Source: Chthonomonadaceae bacterium (GTDB lineage Bacteria; Armatimonadota; Chthonomonadetes; Chthonomonadales; Chthonomonadaceae). Taken from it: 52,222 nt of DNA. The stretch is from contig DASRGZ010000081.1 of NCBI GenBank assembly GCA_035650735.1, positions 1-52,222 of the forward strand, written 5' to 3'. The notes below the pieces were generated by a model. That model saw only the letters and a program-made list of their open reading frames with translations. It made no database searches and was not told where the DNA came from. Positions within the stretch are counted from its first letter, which is position 1. Each line of letters starts with the position of its first letter. A program made the translations under genes and the position numbers. Below, piece after piece: positions 43,300-52,222 of the stretch.

Positions 43300-44916
43300 A
43301 TGTCGGATCGCCCGTTGGTAGCGTTGGCCCTGGCTTTTGCGGCGGGGATCGCCCTGGCATCTCTGGCCGGGCCGCTGGTGCTGGCGTGCCTGCTATGCCT
43401 GTTTCTGCTGGGCGTCGGCTTTGCCATCACCCGCCGCCCGATCTGGGGCCTGGGCGTCCTGCTTCTGGCGTTCGCGCTGCTGGGCGCGGCCCGCTACTAT
43501 GCCGCCTCCTGGATTGCCCCCAACGATATTTCCCGCTTGGCGCCTGCCGTTGTCACCGTGACGGGCACGGTGCAATCGGAGGTGGAGGTCTCGCGCCCCT
43601 TGCCGCGCGCCGGACGGCAGGTCGCACGGCTGACGCTGGCCGTGCAGAGCCTGGCCTGGGAGCCGGAGAGTGAAAGCACGCAGCGCGGGCGGCTTCCTGT
43701 CTCCGGCAGCGTGGCCGTGCGGCTGCCGCTTCTGCCGCATTCTAATCCTGCCCGGCACATTCCCCGCTACGGCGACACGCTCACCATCTATGGCCGATTG
43801 GCGCAGCCCGAAGGCCCGCGTAATCCCGGTGTCCTGGATTACCGGGCCTACCTGGCCCGTCGTGGCATTTATGCCATGCTGACGGCACGCCGCCCGGAAG
43901 ACTGGCGGAGAGCGCCGAGTTCGGGAGGCAATCCGGCGCTGCGCCTGGCGTTCGCGCTGCGGCGGCGCATCCTGGGGCACGCGCAGAGCGCGCACGCGCC
44001 GACGCCTGCGGGCGCGCTCAATGGCATCCTGCTGGGCGAGCGGGCCGACCTGCCCGGCGCGCTAACCGACGACTTTGAGCGCACGGGAACCGTTCATATC
44101 CTGGCGACGGCAGGGCTGCATGTGGGCATGGTGGTCGGGCTGCTGCTCAGCCTGCTGCGCTTTTGCCGGGTGGCGCGGCGTCCGGCCCTGACCCTGGCGT
44201 TGCTGTCGCTCTTGCTCTACGCGGTGATGGCGGGCGGACGTCCCTCGGTGGTGCGCGCGGCGGTCGTGGCGGGCGTCTATCTGCTAGGAATCCTGCTGGA
44301 GCGCGAGCCGGATCTTCCCAATGCGCTGGCGCTGGCGGCGCTGATTCTGCTGCTGATCAATCCCTACCACCTGTTTGATCCCGGCTTTCAGCTCTCCTTT
44401 GCGACCGTCATCACCATCCTCCTGCTCATGCCGCTGGCGGAGGAGGCGCTGCGGGGCCTTCGCCGGGAACCTAACGGCGCCTGGCCCGGCGGGCGGTGGG
44501 CGCGCAGCGCGGCGGCTGTCCTGGCGACCTGCTTTTGCCTGGCGGTTGCCGCTCAAATCGGGGCCGCGCCGCTCGTCGCCTACTACTACAACGATCTCTC
44601 TCTGGTCTCTATTCCTGCTAACACCCTAGTCGTGCCGGTCATCGCGCTTATCCTGGCCCTCGGTTTCCTGGCGGCAGCGTTCGGAACACTGGCGCCCCTG
44701 CTGGCCTTTCCGCTCGACTGGCTGCTCTCCGGGCTGCTGGCGTATGTGATCGGCGTCGTGGAGTGGTGGGCGGCCCTGCCGTATGCCAGCCTGCCCCTGG
44801 CCTCCCCTTCGCCCTGGCTGATTGCCGGCTATTATGGGCTGGTGTGGGGCCTGGCATGGCGCTGGCAGGCCCGTAGGAAAGAGGAGATTGCCGGGTACGC
44901 ATCGAAAAGACTGTAG
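43300..44916 (+). CDS. comEC: ComEC/Rec2 competence channel (OB + Competence domains, no beta-lactamase domain)
   Basis: P.GPRNPG..DYRAYL, F.RTG..HILA.AGLHV, PSVVRA, NP..L.D.GFQLSF. Confidence 0.92.
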   Translation: MSDRPLVALALAFAAGIALASLAGPLVLACLLCLFLLGVGFAITRRPIWGLGVLLLAFALLGAARYYAASWIAPNDISRLAPAVVTVTGTVQSEVEVSRPLPRAGRQVARLTLAVQSLAWEPESESTQRGRLPVSGSVAVRLPLLPHSNPARHIPRYGDTLTIYGRLAQPEGPRNPGVLDYRAYLARRGIYAMLTARRPEDWRRAPSSGGNPALRLAFALRRRILGHAQSAHAPTPAGALNGILLGERADLPGALTDDFERTGTVHILATAGLHVGMVVGLLLSLLRFCRVARRPALTLALLSLLLYAVMAGGRPSVVRAAVVAGVYLLGILLEREPDLPNALALAALILLLINPYHLFDPGFQLSFATVITILLLMPLAEEALRGLRREPNGAWPGGRWARSAAAVLATCFCLAVAAQIGAAPLVAYYYNDLSLVSIPANTLVVPVIALILALGFLAAAFGTLAPLLAFPLDWLLSGLLAYVIGVVEWWAALPYASLPLASPSPWLIAGYYGLVWGLAWRWQARRKEEIAGYASKRL

Positions 44917-44998
44917 CATTTACCTTGCTTTTGCGTCTTATTAGAGACGAGCGCGCCACAACCCCTCGGCGCGCATCCTGGAAAGGAGAAGGAAACGG

Positions 44999-45388
44999 TT
45001 GTCAGGAAAAAACAAAGGGGCTGCGCTGCTACTGGCGGGCCTTCTCTCTGGATCGCTATGGATGACGACGGCCTTTGCGGCTCCGCCGAAGAAGAAGCCT
45101 ATCAAGAAGAACGATAAGGGCAACACGGCGCTGATCGCGCAGGGCAAAAAGGTTTTTGCCGCCAATGGATGCGCCAACTGCCATGCTATCAAGGGCAAAG
45201 GCGGCACGAGCGGCCCTGAGCTGACCAAGACCGGGGCCGATCCCAAGCATACGGTCAAGTGGTTTGAGGAGAAAGTGACGAACCCGAAAGCCGCCAATCC
45301 TGACTCGACCATGCCGGCCTTTGCGGGCAAGATCAAGGGCAAGGACCTGACCGCCCTCGCTACCTACCTGGCCAGCCTGAAAAAATAG
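44999..45388 (+). CDS. Monoheme class I cytochrome c
   Basis: Signal peptide, G..VF...GCANCH, GP.L, distal Met in STMPAF. Confidence 0.92.
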   Translation: MSGKNKGAALLLAGLLSGSLWMTTAFAAPPKKKPIKKNDKGNTALIAQGKKVFAANGCANCHAIKGKGGTSGPELTKTGADPKHTVKWFEEKVTNPKAANPDSTMPAFAGKIKGKDLTALATYLASLKK

Positions 45389-45465
45389 CCCCTTGCGATC
45401 CTTCCCGCTGGTGACGGCACAGGGGCCTTCCGTTCTTGGTAGCGGGCGAATAAATTTGCGGCAAG

Positions 45466-45623
45466 CCCTCACCCCCTACCCCTCTCCCACGCTGCGGGAG
45501 AGGGGAGAGACCTCGCCCCCTGCTCCCTCTCCCACGCTGCGGGAGAGGGGAACGGAGAAGCCGGGTCCCCCCCTTCCCTAGCGAGGGACGAGCGAGTAGG
45601 GAAGGGGGCCGGGGGGTTAGGTG
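45466..45623 (+). repeat. Modular intergenic repeat copy
   Basis: Two CCCTCTCCCACGCTGCGGGAGAGGGG hairpins, plus the AGAAGCCGGGTCCCCCC...AGGGAAGGGGGCCGGGGGGTTAGG module. Confidence 0.8.
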
Positions 45624-45703
45624 CCTTTGTTGCTGCGGCTTTAGCCGCCCGAAAGGAAAGGCGGCCCACGCCCATCGCATTCTCTCTGAAGAAGGAGCGG
45701 CTC

Positions 45704-47779
45704 ATGTCGCAGCCTGTCCCTGCCAATATCACCCTGGACGCCGCTACCCTGCGCGACGATGCCGCCGCCCTGCGGCGCGAGTGGCTTGTGACCAACGGAC
45801 TGGGCGGCTACGCCTCCGCCAGCGTCGCCGGAGCCAATACGCGCCGCTATCACGGCCTGCTGGTTGCCGCACTGCGCGCTCCCGTCGGGCGTGCCGTCCT
45901 CCTCTCCAAGCTGGAGGAGACGCTGGAGGTCACCCTTCCCGACGCGCAAAGCCCGCAATCCTTCCCCCTCTCAACCAACCTGTATCCGGGCGTCCTGCAC
46001 CCGCAGGGCCACTATCAGCTCGAATCGTGGACGGCCTATCCCGCGCCGACCTGGGTCTGGTCGCCCGCGCCGAGCGTGCGCTTGGAGAAGCGCGTCTGGA
46101 TGGCGCGCGGCCACAACACGACCTATATCGCCTATCGGCTGCTGGAGGCGCCGCCGGGCAGCACGGCTCGCCTCTCCCTGGTTCCCCTGCTCGCCTGGAA
46201 GGACTACCACAGCGAAATGCACGCCGGCGACGTCCGCGTGGATGCCGCCTGGACGTCGCCGGCGGAGGGAGCATCAGAGACGGGCCTGTTGCGCGTCACA
46301 CTGCCGGGCGTCTGGGGGATAACGGAAGGGGCGTTCTCTCTGAACCTGTGGGTAGCAAAAGCGGACGGCGCCGCCTATCCGGGCGCTGCGTTCACGGCGC
46401 AGGCAACCTGGTACTACCGTTTCCAGCACCCGCGCGAAGAGGAGCGCGGCCTGGACCATGAGGAAGACCTCTACACGCCCGGCACGCTCACGGCCCCGCT
46501 GGCGGTCGGCGAGAGCCTGGTGGTGGTCGCCTCGGCGGAAGAAGGCCGCGCCCCGGCGCCACAAGCCTCTTTGCAAGCCCTGGAGGCACGCCAGACCGAG
46601 CTGCTGCAAAAGGCAAGGGCGCAGAACGAATTCATGCAGCTACTGACGCTGGCCGCCGATGCGTTTGTGGTGGAGGTGCCCGGCGTCCGTACCTCCGTCA
46701 TCGCGGGCTACCACTGGTTTGCCGATTGGGGCCGCGACACGATGATCGCGCTTCCGGGCCTCTGTCTGGTCACCGGGCGCCCGGAACTGGCCCGTGAGAT
46801 CCTGATATCGTTTGCAGCCTACGTGGATCAGGGCATGTTGCCCAACCGCTTCCCGGACAAGGGCGAAACGCCGGAGTATAACACGGCAGACGCCACGCTC
46901 TGGTACTTCAACGCCATCTACCATTACATCCTGGCGACCGGCGACGTGACGTTGCTGAAGGATGCGCTCTGGTCCGTGCTGGAGGGAATCGTCGGCTATC
47001 ATCGGCAGGGAACGCGGTATAATATCCATGTGGACGCCGATCATCTGCTCTACGCGGGGCAGTCCGGCGTGCAGTTAACCTGGATGGACGCCAAAGTCGG
47101 CGATTGGGTGGTGACGCCGCGCATCGGCAAGCCGGTCGAGATCAACGCCCTCTGGCACAATGCCCTGCGGATCATGAGCCACTTCGCCGGTCTGCTCGAC
47201 GATGGGGACGCGGCGGCGCGCTACGCGGCGGAGGCGAAACAGAGCGCCGACAGCTTCCTGGCCCGCTTCCCCCGCCCGGATGGCAAAGGGCTTTACGATG
47301 TGCTCGATACTCCCGACGGCGGCGCGCCCGATCCTGCCGTGCGCCCCAACCAGGTCTTCGCGCTGAGCCTACCGTTTGCGCCGCTGGAGCCGGAGGGACC
47401 GGTCGCCGAGTCCATTATCGCCGTCCTGCACGATAAGCTCTGGACCTATTTCGGGATGCGTACCCTCGCGCCGGACGACCCAAACTATCGTCCGCGCTAC
47501 GGCGGCGACCAGTGGAGCCGGGATGGCGCCTACCATCAGGGCACGGCCTGGCCCTGGCTGCTGGGGCCGTTTGCGGAGGCGTACTATAAGGTGCATGGCA
47601 ACAAGGCGATAGCCCTGGCGATGTTCGAGCCCCTGCGCGAGCACCTCTCCGAGTTCGGCCTGGGCTCCATCGCCGAGATTTTCGACGGCGAGGCGCCCCA
47701 GCATCCGAACGGCTGCATTGCGCAAGCCTGGAGCGTGGCCGAAACCCTGCGCGTCTGGAACGATCTTTTGAAAGGGTGA
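45704..47779 (+). CDS. Glycogen debranching enzyme, amylo-alpha-1,6-glucosidase type (GH133-like)
   Basis: REWLVTNGLGGYAS, TRRYHGLL, IAGYHWF.DWGRDTMI, QLTWMDA, VEINALW, RPNQ, AYHQGT.WPWL, QAWSVAE. Confidence 0.95.
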   Translation: MSQPVPANITLDAATLRDDAAALRREWLVTNGLGGYASASVAGANTRRYHGLLVAALRAPVGRAVLLSKLEETLEVTLPDAQSPQSFPLSTNLYPGVLHPQGHYQLESWTAYPAPTWVWSPAPSVRLEKRVWMARGHNTTYIAYRLLEAPPGSTARLSLVPLLAWKDYHSEMHAGDVRVDAAWTSPAEGASETGLLRVTLPGVWGITEGAFSLNLWVAKADGAAYPGAAFTAQATWYYRFQHPREEERGLDHEEDLYTPGTLTAPLAVGESLVVVASAEEGRAPAPQASLQALEARQTELLQKARAQNEFMQLLTLAADAFVVEVPGVRTSVIAGYHWFADWGRDTMIALPGLCLVTGRPELAREILISFAAYVDQGMLPNRFPDKGETPEYNTADATLWYFNAIYHYILATGDVTLLKDALWSVLEGIVGYHRQGTRYNIHVDADHLLYAGQSGVQLTWMDAKVGDWVVTPRIGKPVEINALWHNALRIMSHFAGLLDDGDAAARYAAEAKQSADSFLARFPRPDGKGLYDVLDTPDGGAPDPAVRPNQVFALSLPFAPLEPEGPVAESIIAVLHDKLWTYFGMRTLAPDDPNYRPRYGGDQWSRDGAYHQGTAWPWLLGPFAEAYYKVHGNKAIALAMFEPLREHLSEFGLGSIAEIFDGEAPQHPNGCIAQAWSVAETLRVWNDLLKG

Positions 47780-47921
47780 CGACGGCACGCGCCCTGATGG
47801 GCGCGACCTGTAACGGATGCCGCTGTATCCCCGGCTGAGAGCCTTTGCCCATAGGCCGGTTTTCCCATCCTGGCAGAACGCCGAAGGGGAGAGGCGCTTA
47901 CAAGGTGGAGGCTTTAGCGGC

Positions 47922-48197
47922 ATGGAGATAATAAGCAACATGGCCGAGACCGAAAGCATTCGCGTCCAACTCGACTACCCGCTCGAACGGGTGACCCAGC
48001 CGATCATCTATCATCTGGTGACCGACTACCACCTCATCCCCAATATTCGGCGCGCTAACATCGACTCGCACGCCGGCGGCATGATGGTCCTCCAGATCGA
48101 GGGCACGCGCGCGGACCTGGAGGCAGGCATGGACTACCTGCGGCGCCTGGGCATTACTGTCACCGAGGTCGGGCTGGAGCAGCCATGGGCGGTCTGA
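47922..48197 (+). CDS. Stand-alone NIL-domain protein
   Basis: L.YP...V.QPIIY.L..DY.L.PNIRRA.I....GG.M.L...G. Start is 47922 or 47940. Confidence 0.85.
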   Translation: MEIISNMAETESIRVQLDYPLERVTQPIIYHLVTDYHLIPNIRRANIDSHAGGMMVLQIEGTRADLEAGMDYLRRLGITVTEVGLEQPWAV

Positions 48198-48712
48198 ACA
48201 ACTCCAGGGCGTTCGCCTCGCTTCAGGGCTGCTGCGGCAAAGTCGAGCCGCTGCCGCCCGCGTCGGCGCTGCACAACGAGCCGCTGCCCCGGCTGTTCAA
48301 GGCGGTGGAGCAGGCGTTCCGGCAGCAGGCGCTCCAGCAGATGCGCGCCGAAGGCATCGCCGATGTCTTCCCCGGCGCAACCCCGCTGATTCTGCACCTG
48401 GGGGAGGAGGATGGGCTGACGCTGTCGGAGCTGGGCAAGCGCTGCGGCCTGGAAAGCTCAACCATCACCCCGCTGGTGGATGAGCTAGAGCGCCATCAGA
48501 TCGCCGTTCGCGCCCGCGATCCCGCCGACCGGCGCGTGGTGCGCCTCTACCTGACCGAATATGGGCGCTCTCTGGCCCCACGCCTGCGCGGGCTGCTGCT
48601 GCGCTTGCAGGAGGTCGCTCTGGCGGGCATCTCGGAGGAGGAGCTGGCGGCGCTGCGCCGCACTCTGGAACGCATTGCCGCCAATTTGAACAGCCTGGAT
48701 AGCTCCGAGTAG
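48185..48712 (+). CDS. MarR family transcriptional regulator
   Basis: GLT.SEL....LE.STIT..VD.LE......R..DP.DRR...LYLT..G. Confidence 0.88.
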   Translation: MGGLNNSRAFASLQGCCGKVEPLPPASALHNEPLPRLFKAVEQAFRQQALQQMRAEGIADVFPGATPLILHLGEEDGLTLSELGKRCGLESSTITPLVDELERHQIAVRARDPADRRVVRLYLTEYGRSLAPRLRGLLLRLQEVALAGISEEELAALRRTLERIAANLNSLDSSE

Positions 48713-48840
48713 GCCCGTCGCGCGCTTCGCCCAAAGCCGCTCTCTTTTTATTTTGCGTCGGCCCGGCAGGAATTCTCCGCGCCTCCGAAACGTATCGAAG
48801 AAGAAATCGGCCTCTTGCCTGCCTGGGCTCTTAGCTTCGG

Positions 48841-49110
48841 GCCCTCACCCCCGGCGCTGCGGGAGAGGGGAGAAAGACCTCACCTCCGGCCCCTCTCCTT
48901 CTAAAGGAGAGGAAAGCAGCCCTCACCCCCCAACCCCCTCTCCCACGCTGCGGGAGAGGGGGAAGTCGGGTTCTAGCCTCCTCCCCGGCCCTTCTCCCTG
49001 CCAGGGAGAAGGGGGAAGAGAAGCCGGGTCCCCCCCTCCCTGCCGCGTCAGCGGCGAATCAGGGAAGGGGGCCGGGGGGTTAGGTCAAGAAGGGCAGGGG
49101 GTGAGGGCCG
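48841..49110 (+). repeat. Modular intergenic repeat copy
   Basis: Several CCTCACCCC..CCCCTCTCC..GGAGAGG hairpins and the AGAAGCCGGGTCCCCCC..AGGGAAGGGGGCCGGGGGGTTAGGTCAAGAAGGG module. Confidence 0.8.
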
Positions 49111-49298
49111 AAAACAAAAGAATCCGGCGCGAAAATCTTCAGTTTGGGGTATCCTGTTATCATTAGCTCGGTACAGAAACTTTTCGTTATCTAAAGTACG
49201 TGGCGTTCGGCGCTTTGGGCGGCAGGCAGGCGCGGAGCGCATTCTCGTTTCGCTCAACGGAAGGAACCTGCGCGGCGCGCGTGGTTGGAGGAGAGGTC

Positions 49299-52222
49299 AT
49301 GCAGAAATTAGCGGAAGTCTGTGTGCGGCGTCCCGTCTTTGCGACCGTCATTATCCTGGCGCTGGTGGTGATCGGCCTCTTCAGCTACACCCGGCTCGGC
49401 GTGGACCGCTTTCCCAAAGTGGACTTCCCCGTCGTCGTCGTCACCGTGCGCGAGGACGGCGCTTCCCCGGAGGACATCGAGACCAACGTCGTGGACAAAG
49501 TCGAGGAGGCCGTCAATACCATCAACGGCATTGACCAGCTCTCCTCCGTCTCCTATGAGGGGCTGGGACAGGTCATCGTCACCTTCCAGCTGGAGAAGGA
49601 CATCAACATCGCCGTCCAGGAGGTCCGCGATAAGGTCAACACCATCCTCCCCGACCTGCCGCTGGACATCAAAGCTCCCATTGTGGATAAAGTGGACCCG
49701 GACGCCGCGCCGATCCTCGACATCGCCCTCTCCGCTCCCGGCGACATCCGCGACACCACCGAGTTTGCCGATAAGGTGCTGCGGCGGCGCATCGAGAGCA
49801 TTCAGGGCGTCGGGCAGGTCAACATCATCGGCGGGCGCAAGCGCCAGATCAATATCTGGCTCGACCCGCAGCGGATGGAAGCCTACGGCCTGACCGCCAC
49901 CGACGTCCAGTACGCCCTCCAACGGCAAAACATCCAGATCCCCGGCGGCAAGGTGGACCAGTACAGCCGTGAGCTGACCCTGCGCACCTATGGCCGCGTG
50001 CAAAGCCCGCAGGAATTCAACAACATCGTCGTCGCCAAGCGCGGCGGCACGCCCATCTATATCTCCGACATCGCCCGCGTGGACGACAGCACTGAGGAGG
50101 CACAGACGGTGGCCAAGCTAAACGGCGTGCCCACCGTCCTGCTCTCCATTCGCAAGCAGTCCGGCCTGAATACGGTCGCGACAGTGGATGCGGTCAAGGC
50201 CCGCCTCAAAGAGATCGAGCAGACTCTGCCGCCCGGCTACAAGCTGATTATTGCGCGCGACCAATCGCTCTATATCAAGGCCTCCACGCACGCCGTCCAG
50301 GAGCACCTGATCCTGGGAAGCGTGCTGGCCGCCGTCGTCGTCCTGCTGTTCCTGTGGAATATCCGCACGACGATTATCTCCGGTATTGCTATCCCGGCCT
50401 CGATCATCAGCACGTTCGGGCTAATGTATGCGATGGGCTTCACCCTCAACGGCCTGACGCTGCTGGCCCTGGCGCTTTCGGTAGGCATCGTCATTGACGA
50501 TGCCATCGTCGTGCTGGAAAATATCTACCGTTTCATCGAAGAGAAGCGGATGAATCCCTTCGAGGCGGCGATTGAGGGCACGCGCGAGATCGGCCTGGCC
50601 GTCATGGCGACGACGCTGTCGCTGATCGCTGTGTTCCTGCCGGTCGCCTTCATGTCGGGCATCGTCGGGCGCTTCATGAACTCATTCGGCCTGACGATGG
50701 CCTTCGCGATCTTCGTGTCGCTGATCGTCTCCTTCACGCTGACGCCGATGCTCTCCTCGCGCTGGATCAAGACGCCGCCGCATCCCGCCGAGGAGCCGGA
50801 AATGCCGGAAAACATGCCGGTCGGCCTTCCGATGAACGACACCGAGGCGGCAAGCCAAAGCGAAGCGGCCAGAGGGAGGCGAGAAAAGCCGGGCGTGCCG
50901 CCGGCGCAGGAAAACCATGCCCCGCACGCTGGCTCAAAGCAGACCGGGCTGTTCAAGCCGATTGACGCCTTTTACACCTTCCTGCTCAAATTCTCCATGC
51001 GGCACCGCTGGCTGATCGTGCTGGCCTGCCTGTTTACGCTGTTCAGCATGAAGTGGATCGTGCCGGCGGTGCCCAAAAACTTCCTGCCCGACGACGATGA
51101 GTCTCAGTTCCAGATCAGCGTGCGCGCGCCGGAAGGCTGGAGCCTGGCGGCTACCGAGGCGCTGGGCGGGCGCATCGCCGCCGACGTGCGCCAACTGCCC
51201 GGCGTGGCCTATACGGTGCTGACTATCGGCAACAACGACCAGCGCACGCCCAACCTGGCTAACATCTTCGTCAAGCTGGTAGATGTGGAGAAGCGCAAGG
51301 GGCTATCGCAGCAGGACCTGATGCAGCAGGCGCGCAGCCAGATCCTGCCGCGCTATGGCTCGCTGCGCACCAGCGTCGGGCCGGTGCCGGCCATATCGGG
51401 CGGCGGGGGGCCGACCGGCGCGATCACCTACTTCATCGCCGGGCCGGACCTCGATAAGCTCACCGAGTACTCCCAGCGGGCGATGGCGGAGCTGCGCAAG
51501 GTGCCGGGCGTGGTGGATGTGGATTCAACGCTGGTGGTCGGCAAGCCGGAGCTGGGCGTTCACATTGACCGTAAGCGCGCCGCCGACCTGGGCGTCTCCG
51601 TGGAGGATATTTCCAATACGCTGCGCCTCCTGGTCGGTGGGGCTAAGGTGAGCGACTACTTTGAGAAGGGCGAGCAGTACGAGGTGCATCTGCGCGCGCC
51701 GCTGGAGTACCGCAACGATCCGGACATGATCGCGCAGATGGCGGTGCCCTCTTCGACGCAGCCGAGCGGCACGGTCAAGCTCAGTCAGGTGGTGGACTTC
51801 ACCACGGGCACCGGCCCCTCGCAGATCAGCCGTCTGGATCGGCGGCGGCAGGTGACGATCTCCTGTAACGTCCTGCCGGGCATCTCGCAGCAGGCCATCC
51901 AGCAGGAGATCAGCAAGATCATCCAGGGGCTGCATATGCCGCCGGAGTACACCTCAGGCGTGACGGGCACCTCGCGGGAGCAGGTGCGGGCGTTCGTGGC
52001 GTTCATCGCCGCCTTCGCGCTCGCCGTCGTGTTCATGTACCTGATCCTGGCGGCGCAGTTCGAGTCCTGGGTCCACCCGATCACGATCCTTATGGCGCTG
52101 CCGCTGACCATACCGTTCGCGCTGCTGGGCATCCTGATATTCGGGCAGTCCCTGAACATCTTCTCGATGCTGGGCGTGCTGGTGCTCTTCGGCGTGGTCA
52201 AGAAGAACGGCATCTTGCAGGT
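49299..52222 (+). CDS. RND (AcrB/AcrD/AcrF family) efflux permease, 3'-partial at window edge
   Basis: Absent from the ORF track because no stop occurs in the window. ATG after GGAGGAGAGG gives [84 protein letters not shown]. Confidence 0.95.
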   Translation, partial: MQKLAEVCVRRPVFATVIILALVVIGLFSYTRLGVDRFPKVDFPVVVVTVREDGASPEDIETNVVDKVEEAVNTINGIDQLSSVSYEGLGQVIVTFQLEKDINIAVQEVRDKVNTILPDLPLDIKAPIVDKVDPDAAPILDIALSAPGDIRDTTEFADKVLRRRIESIQGVGQVNIIGGRKRQINIWLDPQRMEAYGLTATDVQYALQRQNIQIPGGKVDQYSRELTLRTYGRVQSPQEFNNIVVAKRGGTPIYISDIARVDDSTEEAQTVAKLNGVPTVLLSIRKQSGLNTVATVDAVKARLKEIEQTLPPGYKLIIARDQSLYIKASTHAVQEHLILGSVLAAVVVLLFLWNIRTTIISGIAIPASIISTFGLMYAMGFTLNGLTLLALALSVGIVIDDAIVVLENIYRFIEEKRMNPFEAAIEGTREIGLAVMATTLSLIAVFLPVAFMSGIVGRFMNSFGLTMAFAIFVSLIVSFTLTPMLSSRWIKTPPHPAEEPEMPENMPVGLPMNDTEAASQSEAARGRREKPGVPPAQENHAPHAGSKQTGLFKPIDAFYTFLLKFSMRHRWLIVLACLFTLFSMKWIVPAVPKNFLPDDDESQFQISVRAPEGWSLAATEALGGRIAADVRQLPGVAYTVLTIGNNDQRTPNLANIFVKLVDVEKRKGLSQQDLMQQARSQILPRYGSLRTSVGPVPAISGGGGPTGAITYFIAGPDLDKLTEYSQRAMAELRKVPGVVDVDSTLVVGKPELGVHIDRKRAADLGVSVEDISNTLRLLVGGAKVSDYFEKGEQYEVHLRAPLEYRNDPDMIAQMAVPSSTQPSGTVKLSQVVDFTTGTGPSQISRLDRRRQVTISCNVLPGISQQAIQQEISKIIQGLHMPPEYTSGVTGTSREQVRAFVAFIAAFALAVVFMYLILAAQFESWVHPITILMALPLTIPFALLGILIFGQSLNIFSMLGVLVLFGVVKKNGILQ

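Overview
GC-rich bacterial chromosomal window of mostly housekeeping genes. The mix of a T-box leader, rny/ymdB, a PEP-CTERM protein and long secreted hypotheticals suggests an Armatimonadota-like organism (inference only). Main blocks: (1) a complete transcriptional T-box riboswitch whose specifier reads best as AUG (Met), ahead of a threonine-synthase-like PLP enzyme, a C-terminal-GG sulfur carrier and a tandem NIL-domain protein. This is probably a sulfur-carrier-dependent homocysteine/methionine module rather than true ThrC. (2) A methyltransferase, DinB protein, PafA-type phosphatase, SirB1-like protein, a decayed toxin-antitoxin pair, a winged-helix regulator operon, two unannotated small ORFs, PBP1A and an ABC exporter. 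(3) A periplasmic redox block: regulator, type-1-copper cupredoxin, PQQ alcohol dehydrogenase with the lanthanide-type D-x-D motif, diheme cytochrome c and a PEP-CTERM protein. (4) The cinA-thpR-recA-recX-rny-ymdB cluster, interrupted by a frameshifted Uma2 gene and an intact PIN toxin-antitoxin pair. (5) aat, ribBA-ribH, HtrA, S53 peptidase, ComEC, cytochrome c, glycogen debranching enzyme, a second NIL protein, MarR and an RND permease running off the edge. Intergenic DNA carries a modular palindromic repeat family, a 59-bp MITE-like element and two duplications of gene 3' ends. No rRNA, tRNA, CRISPR array or transposase was recognised.
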